From NCBI GenBank assembly GCA_965247645.1, contig OZ252024.1, forward strand, positions 974,455 to 1,038,454: DNA of 64,000 nt. The letters are read 5' to 3'. Position 1 is the first letter of the stretch. Each line of letters starts with the position of its first letter. The stretch is from Dehalococcoidia bacterium (GTDB lineage: Bacteria > Chloroflexota > Dehalococcoidia > Lucifugimonadales > UBA2985). The translations under genes and the position numbers were made by a program. Under the pieces are notes generated by a model. That model was not told the DNA's origin. It was given only the letters and a program-made list of their open reading frames with translations, and did not search any database. Positions 19,600 through 29,289 of this stretch are shown piece after piece.

Positions 19600-21630
19600 A
19601 TGGACAAGAACCTGTACAGGTATTCACAATGGGACGGAACTCAGCAGGTCTTCGAGCCGTCTGGAGAAGACGTCATGGAAGAGATGGCCGACGACCTTAT
19701 GAACCACGGCGACCTCATGCGGTCGCTGCGCAACCTGTTCCAAAGAGGAATGCAAGGCGAGTCCGACCAGCGTATGGAGGGACTGCGGGATATGCTGGAG
19801 CGCCTTCGAGGCCGCCGGCAGGAGCAACTCCGTCGCTACAACTTGGACTCGATGCTTGACGACCTCAAGGAACGTCTGAAGCAGATCGTCGAGGCCGAGC
19901 GCCAGGGCATCGACCGGCGCCTGGAGGACGCAAGGCAGCAGCAGGCCCAATCGTCCCCTGAGGACGCCGAGGAACGGGAACGGCTGATGAAGCTCCTGGA
20001 AGAGCGCGCCGCTCGCGGCAGAGAGCGCATGGAGAACCTGCCGCAGGACCTCGGCGGGGCGGTTAAAGACCTCAGCGATTACGACTTCATTGACCAGGAG
20101 GCCCAACGCCAGTTCCAAGAGCTTATGGACCTGCTCAAGCAGAGGGTCTTGGACAATACCTTCCAGGACATGCGCCAGCAGATACAGGGCATAACCCCCC
20201 AGGACATGGAAGCCACGCGCCGGATGCTCCACGACCTCAACGAGATGCTGCGCGACCGGATGCAAGGGAGGGAGCCGGACTTCCAGGGATTCATGGACCG
20301 CTATGGCGACCTCTTCGGCCCAGACCGGCCCCAGAACCTGGATGAGCTTATGGAGCAGCTACAGAGGCGGATGGGTCAGGCACAGTCGCTTATGAACAGC
20401 ATGTCTCCGGAGATGCGCCAGGAGTTGCAGGAACTCATGGAGGGCGCGCTGGACCCGGAGACCATGAGCGAGATGGCTCAGCTGGCCGCTGCCATGAACC
20501 GGCTCTATCCACCGGACGACATGGCTAACCGGTACCCCTTCATGGGCGAGGACTCCCTCACCTACGACGAGGCGATGGAGGTCATGGGACAGATGCAAAA
20601 CATGGATGAGCTGGAGCGCCGGATACAGGAAGCGGCTCGTCGGGGAAACATCCAGGACCTGGACCTTGAAGAGGTACAGGCTCTGCTGGGCGAAGAGGCC
20701 CGGCGCAACCTGGAGCAGCTTCAGCGCATCACCAGGATGCTGGAGGAGGCGGGATACGTCACCCGCAAGGGGCAGCGTCTGGAGCTAACGCCAAAGGGTA
20801 TCCGGAAGATAGGCCAGAAGGCCATGAAAGACACCTTCTCCCAGATCAAGCGTGACCGCCTTGGCCAACACGATCTCCACGCCAGAGGCGCGGGTGGAGA
20901 GCGCTCCGGAGATACCAAGACATACGAGTTCGGCGACCCCTTTGACATCCACCTGGAGCGGACCGTCAGGAACGCCTTGCTAAGAGAAGGCGGGGGATCC
21001 CCAGTGAAGATAACGCCCCCGGACTTTGAGATCCACATTACCGAGCACATGGCCCAGGCATCCACCGTCCTCCTGCTGGACCAGAGCCGTTCGATGGGCC
21101 TCTACGGGAGCTTCCTGGCGGCAAAGAAGGTCGCCATGGCCCTGTCGTCCCTCATCCGCACCCAGTTCCCCAGGGACAGGCTTTACATAGTGGGGTTCTC
21201 CGACTACGCCATCGAGATCAAGGAGGATGAGCTTCCGCAGGTCTCCTGGAACGACTGGGTCCCCGGCACCAACATGCACCATGCCCTCATGCTCTCTCGG
21301 AAGCTCCTGGCCAAGGACAAGGGAGGGACCAGGCAGATTCTCATGGTCACCGACGGCGAGCCGACGTGCCACCTGGAGGGAGACCACTCCTACTTCAACT
21401 ACCCGCCCAGCTACCAGACCATCCGCGAGACGCTGAGAGAGGTGCGGCGATGCACCCAGGAAGGGATAACCATCAACACCTTCATGCTGGAGAGCAGCGC
21501 CTACCTGGTGGACTTTGTGGACAGGATGATGCGTATCAACAAGGGACGAGCCTTCTACTCCGGCCCCAACAACCTTGGGGAGTACGTACTGGTGGACTAC
21601 CTCTCCAATCGGAAACGGCGTATAGCCTAG
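19600..21630 (+). CDS. von Willebrand factor A (VWA) domain protein with a long charged coiled-coil N-region
   Basis: The ORF runs 19552-21630. The likely start is the ATG at 19600 (MDKNLYRYSQWDG). The C-terminal VWA domain reads LLLDQSRSMG...YIVGFSDYA...GTNMHHAL...ILMVTDGEPT (MIDAS-like DxSxS). Confidence 0.8.
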   Translation: MDKNLYRYSQWDGTQQVFEPSGEDVMEEMADDLMNHGDLMRSLRNLFQRGMQGESDQRMEGLRDMLERLRGRRQEQLRRYNLDSMLDDLKERLKQIVEAERQGIDRRLEDARQQQAQSSPEDAEERERLMKLLEERAARGRERMENLPQDLGGAVKDLSDYDFIDQEAQRQFQELMDLLKQRVLDNTFQDMRQQIQGITPQDMEATRRMLHDLNEMLRDRMQGREPDFQGFMDRYGDLFGPDRPQNLDELMEQLQRRMGQAQSLMNSMSPEMRQELQELMEGALDPETMSEMAQLAAAMNRLYPPDDMANRYPFMGEDSLTYDEAMEVMGQMQNMDELERRIQEAARRGNIQDLDLEEVQALLGEEARRNLEQLQRITRMLEEAGYVTRKGQRLELTPKGIRKIGQKAMKDTFSQIKRDRLGQHDLHARGAGGERSGDTKTYEFGDPFDIHLERTVRNALLREGGGSPVKITPPDFEIHITEHMAQASTVLLLDQSRSMGLYGSFLAAKKVAMALSSLIRTQFPRDRLYIVGFSDYAIEIKEDELPQVSWNDWVPGTNMHHALMLSRKLLAKDKGGTRQILMVTDGEPTCHLEGDHSYFNYPPSYQTIRETLREVRRCTQEGITINTFMLESSAYLVDFVDRMMRINKGRAFYSGPNNLGEYVLVDYLSNRKRRIA

Positions 21631-21741
21631 CCGGAGCAACCTCCGTACATTGCAAAAAAGGGCGCCTGCTGCCACCACCGTACTCCCTGCGGACGCGCCC
21701 CACACCGCCGTGCCCGCGCACGACGCGCGTCTCCGTCCCGC

Positions 21742-21769
21742 GTAGGGGCGGTTCGCGAACCGCCCCTAC
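21742..21769. terminator. 28-nt perfect palindrome between convergent genes (candidate bidirectional terminator)
   Basis: gtaggggcggttcg|cgaaccgcccctac lies between the VWA gene (ends 21630, +) and the aldolase gene (ends 21815, -). Confidence 0.5.
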
Positions 21770-21814
21770 ATCACATCGCCGAGATGCAGGAACAACGACT
21801 GAGAGGGCCTCCGG

Positions 21815-22606
21815 CTAGCTCCCCTCCAGCGCTTTGCGGATCTGCTCACCCTCTCGCCTCCAGAAGTTGAACAGGATGGAGAGGTCTGTGCCAACCGAGA
21901 AATGCCTGACGCCCATATCCAGGTACTCCCTGGCCTGGTCGGCTGAGCCTATCTCCGCCCGGGGCGGCACACCCATCCTGATTGCAGTGGTGAACGTCCT
22001 ATTCCTGGCGGCCGCCACTTCCGGGTGGTCCGCTTCTCCCGGATGCCCCACGTTCATTGAGAAATCGGCTCCTCCCCACTGTATCATCTCCACCCCGGGC
22101 TCCTGCAGGATCTCCTCCAGGTTGTCCAGCGCCCCCTTCTTCTCAATCATAAACGCGAGCACGGTATCGGCGATTGCCTGGACGTACTCCGGCGTCCCGC
22201 CGTAACCCATGTAGGCGTTGCGCCTGTTGGCCACTCCATATCGGCCGCCGTAGTCCGGGTGGTCCGGCCTGACCGCCCTGATGCAGTCCCTGACCTCCTG
22301 GATGTCCCGCGCGTCCGTGAACAGGACGCTGCCAAATCCGGCGCCTATTCCTCTCTGGGCCAGGTATGGCATGAGGCTCTGGTCCACCTTGATCATGCTG
22401 CCCATGTTGTGGAGCTCGGCGGCGCGGCAGAGGTTGTCCAGGTCGTGCAGGTCGAAGGAGCCGTACTCAGCCACGAACTCCACGTAGTCGTACAGCCCCG
22501 TATGGCCGATGGCCTCCACCTCCGCGGGCCAGACGCCGCTGAGGTGGGTGCTGAGCGTAGGCTCTCCGTTCGCCAGCTTCTGCCTGAGTATGTTTGGCCT
22601 TGGCAT
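21815..22606 (-). CDS. HpcH/HpaI-family aldolase (2-keto-3-deoxy-acid aldolase)
   Basis: 263 aa. N-terminus NILRQKLANGEPTLSTHLSGVWPAEVEAIGHTGLYDYVEFVAEYG. Length and pattern are typical of the HpcH/HpaI/GarL class II aldolases. Confidence 0.8.
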   Translation of the reverse strand: MPRPNILRQKLANGEPTLSTHLSGVWPAEVEAIGHTGLYDYVEFVAEYGSFDLHDLDNLCRAAELHNMGSMIKVDQSLMPYLAQRGIGAGFGSVLFTDARDIQEVRDCIRAVRPDHPDYGGRYGVANRRNAYMGYGGTPEYVQAIADTVLAFMIEKKGALDNLEEILQEPGVEMIQWGGADFSMNVGHPGEADHPEVAAARNRTFTTAIRMGVPPRAEIGSADQAREYLDMGVRHFSVGTDLSILFNFWRREGEQIRKALEGS

Positions 22607-22668
22607 GTTTTATTCCTCCCTCTATCTGCAATATTGCGAATGAGACCGAATGTAGCAACTGTGCGGGT

Positions 22669-23667
22669 TCAGGGCCTGCTCCTATCAGACCGGTAGGCCT
22701 CCGGGTTGGCGCAGTTGGGAAGCGGCCTCCCCTCAAGGCCGGCCACCAGGTTGTGGACCGCCATGTTCGCCATGCGAAGGCGTGTGGCTACGCTCGCGCT
22801 GGCAATGTGCGGCGTCATTACGAGGTTGGGCAGCGTGAGGAGCTCATCCTGCGCGTCGATAGGCTCCACGGCGGTAACGTCCAGCGCGGCCGCGGCGGGC
22901 CGCCCTTGCCTGAGGGCAGCCACAAGCGCCTCTTGGTCGATAACCCCCCCGCGGGCTGTGTTTACCAGTATGGCCGTCTCCTTCATCAACGCCATCTCGC
23001 GGGAGCCGATCATGCGCCGCGTCTCTTCCGTGAGGGGTACGTGGAGAGAAACGAAGTCGGACTCCCGGAGCAGGTCGTCCAGAGACGCGGGCTCGGCGTG
23101 GATGTCGGGAGGCGGGGGCGTTGAGGAGAGTCGCGTGTACAGTACGCGCATCGAGAACCCCTGGGCCCGGCGCGCCACCGCCTGTCCGATTCCGCCCAAG
23201 CCGACTATTCCGAGAGTTGCGCCGAAGAGGTCGCGGCCCAGCAGCACACTGGGTCCCCAGGTCTTCCAGTGTCCCGCGCGGACGAAGTTATCCCCGTCTA
23301 CGATGCGGCGCGCAGACGCCATCATCAATGCAAAGGCAAAGTCCGCGGTTGTATCCGTCAGCACGCCTGGAGTGTTGCCTACGGGGATGCCACTCGCCGT
23401 CGCTGCAACAAGATCGACGTTGTCAGTGCCAACAGCCATGTTGCTGATAACACGCAAAGAAGGGGCCGCGTCCAGTAGAGCCGTGTCTATCCTGTCGGTC
23501 AGAAGGCAGAGGAGGCCCGCGGCCTGCGCCGCGCGCTCCCGCAGGCTGTCGACGTCCGGGGGAATGTCGCTGTCCCAGAGGTCGACCTCAAAGTGGGCGT
23601 CAAGACTGTCCAGGACCTCCTGTGGCAGTCTCCGGGTTACAAACACACGGGGTTTTTCAGTGGACAT
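22669..23667 (-). CDS. Glyoxylate/hydroxypyruvate reductase (D-2-hydroxyacid dehydrogenase family)
   Basis: 332 aa. Contains GIVGLGGIGQAVARRA NAD motif, NTARGGVIDQEAL and MTPHIASAS. The start overlaps the stop of the glycerate kinase gene by 11 nt. Confidence 0.85.
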   Translation of the reverse strand: MSTEKPRVFVTRRLPQEVLDSLDAHFEVDLWDSDIPPDVDSLRERAAQAAGLLCLLTDRIDTALLDAAPSLRVISNMAVGTDNVDLVAATASGIPVGNTPGVLTDTTADFAFALMMASARRIVDGDNFVRAGHWKTWGPSVLLGRDLFGATLGIVGLGGIGQAVARRAQGFSMRVLYTRLSSTPPPPDIHAEPASLDDLLRESDFVSLHVPLTEETRRMIGSREMALMKETAILVNTARGGVIDQEALVAALRQGRPAAAALDVTAVEPIDAQDELLTLPNLVMTPHIASASVATRLRMANMAVHNLVAGLEGRPLPNCANPEAYRSDRSRP

Positions 23668-24805
23668 CGCTTCTCCCTCCCAGGAGGTCGGCGACGGCCC
23701 GGGCCGTCGCGGCCTGGATTAGACCCGGCGTTGACTCCGAGCCCGGTATCGCTCCCTCCGGTGAGCTTGCCAGGGCAAAGACTGCGTCTATGCCGAGAAT
23801 GGCCGCTTCAGTCTCGCTCAGTCCGTTCTGGCCGACTATCGCGGCGACCAGCGGGTCTCCACACTCCTTTGAGAGGGCGGCGACGCCTGAGACACCCTTG
23901 CCGCCGGCGGTCTGGGCATCTATCCGCCCCTCTCCGATCAGGACGAGGTCTGCTCCACCAAGCGCCTCTGTCAGACGTGCCGCCCTGCTTACGACCTGGA
24001 AGCCGGGGCATAGCGCAGCGGCGCAGAATGCCACTAGTCCCGCTCCCAGCCCTCCTGCGGCTCCCGCTCCTGGGATGTCCCGCACATTGCGCCCCATTTG
24101 GGCTGCGGCCACCTCAGAGAAACGGCCCAGGGCGGCGTCCAGCAGCGATACCTGCCGAGGTGTGGCCCCCTTCTGAGGCCCAAAGACGGCTGAGGCTCCC
24201 CCCGGACCGCAGAGGGGGTTGGTCACATCGCAAAGCGCCGTAATCCTGGCGGAGGAGAGGCGCGGATGAACATCCTCTAGCTCCAAGGAGTGGAGTCGCA
24301 TCAACGCCGCGCCGCCGTTGGGAAGGTCGCGGCCCATGTCGTCCAGGGCCCTGACGCCAAGGGCTTGAGCCATGCCGACCCCCGCGTCGTTGGTGGCGCT
24401 GTCGCCGAGACCTATCAGTATGCGCGTATATCCGGCGTCCAGGGCGGCTCCTATGAGGTCGCCGGTCCCCCTGGTTGTCGTTATCGTCGGGTCTCGCTCG
24501 GCCATGCTGAGGAGCGAGAGGCCGGAAGCGGCTGAGGTTTCGATAACGGCCGTCTCGCCATCGCCCAGCGCTCCCCACCGGGCGGCGATGGGACGGCCCA
24601 GGGGGTCGCCGGCGGGGGAAGTGACGTAACGGCCTCCCGTGGCGGTCACCAGGGCATCGACGGTGCCGCTTCCGCCGTCCGCAATGGGGATCTCGACAAC
24701 CTGGCTATGGGGCATGGCCTGCAGGACGCCACGGCTCATGGCTGCGGCGACCACAGCGGCGGACGCCGTGCCTTTGAACGCCTGTGGAGCCACGACAACC
24801 TTCAT
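23657..24805 (-). CDS. glxK: Glycerate kinase (class I, GlxK/GarK family)
   Basis: The family N-terminus MKVVVAPQAFKGTASAAVVAAAM begins at the internal ATG at 24805, which is preceded by ggagg. The longer ORF start (24904) would overlap the neighbouring gene. Confidence 0.85.
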   Translation of the reverse strand: MKVVVAPQAFKGTASAAVVAAAMSRGVLQAMPHSQVVEIPIADGGSGTVDALVTATGGRYVTSPAGDPLGRPIAARWGALGDGETAVIETSAASGLSLLSMAERDPTITTTRGTGDLIGAALDAGYTRILIGLGDSATNDAGVGMAQALGVRALDDMGRDLPNGGAALMRLHSLELEDVHPRLSSARITALCDVTNPLCGPGGASAVFGPQKGATPRQVSLLDAALGRFSEVAAAQMGRNVRDIPGAGAAGGLGAGLVAFCAAALCPGFQVVSRAARLTEALGGADLVLIGEGRIDAQTAGGKGVSGVAALSKECGDPLVAAIVGQNGLSETEAAILGIDAVFALASSPEGAIPGSESTPGLIQAATARAVADLLGGRSDVH

Positions 24806-24849
24806 GGCGCCTCCGGAGATTGGATGGGCCGAGCGGCTGGATTCTCCCC

Positions 24850-25314
24850 TTACTTCTCGTACCAGCCTGAGGCGAAAAGCAGACCGTCGTGCTTGATTAC
24901 CCACGTATGCTTCTGCTGGTCCTGTCCCGTCTCAGGGTTACGCAGGACGTAGTCAACCCAACGGCCCTCCTCCGTGGCGGCGAGCAGCTCGTCGCCGAAG
25001 AAGTAGCCGGTGGCGTCGACGAGGAAGCTGGGATCCTGGCCTACGAACTCAGGGTTGGGGTGTGCGATGGTATAGCCGTTCCCGTCTACGATGAACACGT
25101 ACCACTGGCCGTCGACGCTCTCGCCGGAGCTGTGGTATTCAATGGCCGCCTGCCTGCCGTCCCGATCGTAGCGCCGGATAGCCTCATCCACCATGGACTT
25201 GGTGTATTGCCCGTCGTCATGGCCCATCAGCGCCATGTAGGCCACCGCAGCCACCACGCCCACCGACGCCAGCAGGGCCGCCACTGCAACCACGGCAATC
25301 AGTTTGTTAGACAT
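24850..25314 (-). CDS. Membrane-anchored Cache/PDC-like extracytoplasmic domain protein
   Basis: 154 aa. N-terminal TM (LIAVVAVAALLASVGVVAAVAYMAL), then a single-Cache-like pattern (YVFIVDGNGYTIAHPNPEFVGQD...). No output domain. Confidence 0.55.
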   Translation of the reverse strand: MSNKLIAVVAVAALLASVGVVAAVAYMALMGHDDGQYTKSMVDEAIRRYDRDGRQAAIEYHSSGESVDGQWYVFIVDGNGYTIAHPNPEFVGQDPSFLVDATGYFFGDELLAATEEGRWVDYVLRNPETGQDQQKHTWVIKHDGLLFASGWYEK

Positions 25315-25617
25315 TCTGTATCCACGACCATCTTTAACCGCGGGGCTTCCCTCGTGTGCAAGTTTATCATGGGCGGTCGAACTGTCAATCTACAGGAAGC
25401 TCACCCGCGCTCTCACCCGCGCTCCACAGCGTAATACGGTGTCCGCATGGCACACAGCGCGCCGCGAGGCATGGCCTCGGCATCCCACCGCGGCAGGACT
25501 TTGCCTCAATGCCAGGACTTGCCTGCGAGACCCCTTCACACGCATACGCGCGCGGGTTAGAATGGGGAGCGCGCCACGGGCGGGCATTGCGGACAATCAC
25601 ACCTCGGGAGGCATAAG

Positions 25618-26559
25618 ATGACTCAGGAATTCGGAGACGGCGCATTTCGCTATACATTCGCGGCGGGCTGGGCCAAGCTGCCGCCGGGCGTGAGCTTCCT
25701 GGAGTGTCCCGGGGTAGCCGTGGATTCGCAGGACAACGTCTACGTCCTGACCAGGGGAGAGCGCCCAATCATGGTCTTCGACAAGGAAGGCAACTTCCTG
25801 AAGTCCTTTGGCGAAGGCCTGTTCAGCAACCGCACCCACGGACTCTACATAGCCCACGATGACTCGCTGCTGGTGGCCGACGACGGCATCCACACCATAC
25901 AGAAGTTCAGCCCCCAGGGTGAGAAGCTCATGGAGATTGGAGAGCGCGACCATCCGGCGCCCAAGTGGAGCGGACAGCCATTCAACCGTCCCACCTCGGC
26001 CGCCATTATGCCCGGCAACGGCGACGTTTACATTTCGGACGGATACGGCAACGCTCGCATCCACGTCTACTCTGCCAACGGGGAGTACAGGTTCTCCTGG
26101 GGCGAGTCCGGCATAGACGCCGGCCAGTTCATACGTCCTCACAACATCGCCATAGACGCCGACGAGCGGGTGTACGTGGTGGACAGGGAAGCCCACCGTA
26201 TCCAGGTGTTCACCGCCAGCGGCGACTTTCTGACCATGTGGAACAACATCCACCGCCCGGACTCTATGGCGCTGTGGCAGGACCACATCTACGTAGGGGA
26301 GCTCAACGGTATGCCTGGCGTGGACGACGCCCCCGGCCTGGGTCACCGGGTGGGCATCTATACCCTGGAAGGGGAACTGGTAAGCCGCTTTGGAGACAAG
26401 GAGGAGGGCGAGGGCCCCGGCCAGTTCATTGCTCCACACGGCATTGCGGTGGACTCCCAGGGCGCGATCTACGTTGCGGAGGTCTCATACACCATCCGCG
26501 GGTCTCACATGGACCCTCCCAGGGAGCTGCGTAGCCTGTCCAAGTACCACCGGGCCTGA
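25618..26559 (+). CDS. NHL-repeat beta-propeller protein (peptidyl-alpha-hydroxyglycine lyase-like)
   Basis: 313 aa. Repeated NHL-type blades (VAVDSQDNVYVLTRG, LLVADDGIHTIQKF, DVYISDGYGNARIHVY, RVYVVDREAHRIQVF, AIYVAEVS). Confidence 0.75.
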   Translation: MTQEFGDGAFRYTFAAGWAKLPPGVSFLECPGVAVDSQDNVYVLTRGERPIMVFDKEGNFLKSFGEGLFSNRTHGLYIAHDDSLLVADDGIHTIQKFSPQGEKLMEIGERDHPAPKWSGQPFNRPTSAAIMPGNGDVYISDGYGNARIHVYSANGEYRFSWGESGIDAGQFIRPHNIAIDADERVYVVDREAHRIQVFTASGDFLTMWNNIHRPDSMALWQDHIYVGELNGMPGVDDAPGLGHRVGIYTLEGELVSRFGDKEEGEGPGQFIAPHGIAVDSQGAIYVAEVSYTIRGSHMDPPRELRSLSKYHRA

Positions 26560-26855
26560 CCTGCAGGGCCACAGTGGAAACCATAGAGATTAGCGGGCGG
26601 GGCATGCGACCGTAGCCGTTGCTGCCCCTTGGGCCTGAGTCCGCTTCCGCGGAGACCTTTGCATAACCCCGTTTGCCGGGCCCCGTCCTACCCTTCCCCT
26701 GAAAGAGCGCCGAACATCTATGGGCCGGAGGATCGAGCCCAGTGAGTAACAACGGACATGGACTCCGTCGACGCCTGTGTCGGCGGGAGCTCTACCTGCA
26801 TCCGGCAAGTCCTTGAGCGAACGAACCTGGAGGTCCGCAGAGGGAGAACTGTATC

Positions 26856-27377
26856 TTGAGGACTAGCAGAATGAAGGCTGTGCTGTTGACCATCCTCTTG
26901 GGCGTAGGGCTGTATGTCCTGCGGCAGCTCTTCATAATCGTCTTCCACAACACAGTCGAGCTCCTGGCGAATAACTTCGGAGTGGAAATCGTTGGGCCTA
27001 TTCTGGTTCTGGCAATCCTGGTGGTGCTGACGATCGACATTGGGTCCATAATTGCGGCCCTCGCCACCGGGAAGTACCTACTGACACGATTGAGGCCGGC
27101 CACAGGGAGCGGCGAGGTGAGGAGCACCCTAGCTATCCTGCTTATGGGTCTGGGGTTGGCAGTCTTACGGTATGCATCCCTTTTCCTGTTCATCAACCTG
27201 ACCTTGATAGCGTTGTCGCGCTTTTTTGACTACGACAGAGGGACGACGAGCCGGTTGCTAGACATAGTGGCGACAGCTATAGATGTGGGGTTTTTGATAG
27301 CGGGAGTGGCCTTGGGAAAGCGTCTGCTTGGAAGGGCAAGGGAGGAAGGTGAGGAGGTACGACAGCATGCCGGGTGA
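26856..27377 (+). CDS. Integral membrane protein, hypothetical
   Basis: 173 aa with 4-5 hydrophobic helices. Lies in the lower-GC patch. No family recognised. Confidence 0.5.
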   Translation: MRTSRMKAVLLTILLGVGLYVLRQLFIIVFHNTVELLANNFGVEIVGPILVLAILVVLTIDIGSIIAALATGKYLLTRLRPATGSGEVRSTLAILLMGLGLAVLRYASLFLFINLTLIALSRFFDYDRGTTSRLLDIVATAIDVGFLIAGVALGKRLLGRAREEGEEVRQHAG

Positions 27378-27561
27378 CCTACCCCTGTAAACTGGACCAA
27401 GAGAGATGTTAGTTTTGGGCAGTAGAAAACAGGCGCTGACTTATCTCCTTGACACTCCTTATACCCCTCGGCGTAATGATTCGAAGACTACGGCCCAATG
27501 CCTGCCTCTACCTCGCTGGTAGCTTGACCCCCGCGCTCGGTGTTGCGCCGCTCGGGTCCGA

Positions 27562-28122
27562 CTAGAGCCACTGTTTCTGGCCGTTGACGTAGATAGTCTG
27601 GAAGTCTTCATCGGACTTGGTCAGGTAGATAATGCCTTCCACCACCCCAAGTATACCAGCCGCCATCAGAGCCAAATAGCCAATTGCGTATAGCAAGAAC
27701 CCAATAATGACGCCAATGCCGAAGATCCCCAAAAATATGAATATATTGCCCACAATCAGCGCCAACACCAAGCCGCCGCCGCCAACTGCCAGCTGCATTA
27801 TTGCGGGCTTCTTAATGCCCAGGTAGAACTTGTGGATGCCGGCCCAGCCGAGGAATATCCCTAGCAGCCCGGCAACAACCTTGGTTTTCTCGGAGCCCAT
27901 CACGCCCTCAAGGGCGCCTCCAATCCCTCCGCCGGAGGCCGACATAGCTCGGTATATGGCTACTGCATCGCTGCCCTGCGCCTCGAAATCCACCCGCATT
28001 CCCCGGTTGGGAATGGCCTGGTCTTTCCACTCAGCTCCGACGAAGTTGTATCGGCTGCCGTCATCCCCCGTGATTAATCCTGAGTTGGTTTGAGGGGAGT
28101 AATCCAAAATCTGTCCATTCAT
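27562..28122 (-). CDS. TM2 domain-containing membrane protein
   Basis: 186 aa. Soluble N-domain (GLITGDDGSRYNFVGAEW...VDFEAQG), then the TM2 signature GLLGIFLGWAGIHKFYLG and more helices. Confidence 0.7.
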   Translation of the reverse strand: MNGQILDYSPQTNSGLITGDDGSRYNFVGAEWKDQAIPNRGMRVDFEAQGSDAVAIYRAMSASGGGIGGALEGVMGSEKTKVVAGLLGIFLGWAGIHKFYLGIKKPAIMQLAVGGGGLVLALIVGNIFIFLGIFGIGVIIGFLLYAIGYLALMAAGILGVVEGIIYLTKSDEDFQTIYVNGQKQWL

Positions 28123-28178
28123 TTCTTGTCCTTCCTTTCCTGCTGGCCTGCTGGGACCTAACGAGTTGTACCGGTTGA

Positions 28179-29183
28179 CTAACTCTCTACGTCAGACAGT
28201 CTGAATATGAAGCCCTCCGCATTGCCTTCATCGTCAATATAGCCTTCATATCGAGAGTCAACCTCGTTGTCCAGCTCAAATGCTGCCAGCAACTCCAAGT
28301 CATTGGCGCTCTCCGGTAAGTCGTATTCCAGAGATATGCCAACGTCTGCCTGATTATCGGGGCTTTCTCCATATGGGATCTTGCCGTCACGGATGGTTCC
28401 ACTGAATTCACAACTGGAGGCCCCGTAGAACATCCCATCCCCGTCGCGGATTACCAGGTTGTCGCTGCAGTCAGGCAGCGGCATTTCCGAGTCCGGCGTG
28501 AGGTTACTGAGCGCCAATTCAAAGGTGAGCTTCCTGCCGTCCCGTTCCATATACCAGCCGCTGACAGTGCATTCATAGGAGCCGCACATAGCGTAGTAAT
28601 CGTCAACGTACGCCAGGTCTACCTTTACTTCCACGTCTCGAAAGCAATCCGACCCACCCAGTCGATAGCGAACGAGGGGGGCAAACTTCTCCCAAGCCTC
28701 GTTTATCAGTTCGAAGTCCTCATCCAACCTCTGCACGATTTCCTCATTATCAGAAAACTCCAGGGCGGTGCTGTCCCTGGGCTGCGAATCTATAGCGTCC
28801 TTTAGTTTCTTTATGAAGTCGGTGACAGCGCTGTCGTAGGCGTCCAATTCATTGGGAAGGTCTTGTGATTCCCATGCGTCAAGGTCTTCCCCCAAGGCCT
28901 CCGACCATTCGGCGATTGTTGAGTCTTCTCCAATCTGAGAAACGGAGCTCTCAAGCGGCAAGATGCAATTCTCTTCATACGCGGCCAAGTTCTCCCAATC
29001 AATGGTTGACGATCCGTTGCTTTCTGAGCTTCCCGGGAGGGGCACGCCGCAGGCTGCAACGGCTGCAATGGCGATAATGTTCGCCACCAACCACGTCGTA
29101 GTGGTTACCTCGCTGCGCTCTTTGTGCGGTTTCCGCGAAGGACGTCGGGCATGCGTGGGGGGTCTATTAGGAAATAAAAACAT
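28179..29183 (-). CDS. Acidic secreted lipoprotein, hypothetical
   Basis: The ORF runs 28179-29249. I prefer the ATG at 29183. It has a lipobox AAVAAC|GVP and a very Asp/Glu-rich mature part. No family recognised. Confidence 0.55.
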   Translation of the reverse strand: MFLFPNRPPTHARRPSRKPHKERSEVTTTTWLVANIIAIAAVAACGVPLPGSSESNGSSTIDWENLAAYEENCILPLESSVSQIGEDSTIAEWSEALGEDLDAWESQDLPNELDAYDSAVTDFIKKLKDAIDSQPRDSTALEFSDNEEIVQRLDEDFELINEAWEKFAPLVRYRLGGSDCFRDVEVKVDLAYVDDYYAMCGSYECTVSGWYMERDGRKLTFELALSNLTPDSEMPLPDCSDNLVIRDGDGMFYGASSCEFSGTIRDGKIPYGESPDNQADVGISLEYDLPESANDLELLAAFELDNEVDSRYEGYIDDEGNAEGFIFRLSDVES

Positions 29184-29289
29184 AGGCTGTATATCTAATT
29201 CATAGTGTCCAAGACTTGGGGGGAGGGGGAAGTGAAACCGGTTGCGCACTGGCAGTCAAGTATGTATAAGAGGGTAAAATAGCAGGTAT

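Noticed and set aside
22706-23722. 338-aa ORF antisense to the hydroxypyruvate reductase gene. The same applies to 25597-26439, 30244-31122, 34360-35073, 39363-40262, 49771-50802, 41015-41731 and 20980-21705.
   Set aside because: All are long open frames on the strand opposite well-supported genes. They are an expected artefact of high GC (few stop codons), with no recognisable domains.
24806-24904. Longer start for glycerate kinase (ORF 23657-24904)
   Set aside because: The extension (MGNQARRSAFRLRLVREVRGESS...) is not family-like and overlaps the 3' end of the neighbouring Cache-like gene. The internal ATG at 24805 has a ggagg RBS and gives the canonical MKVVVAPQAFKG start.
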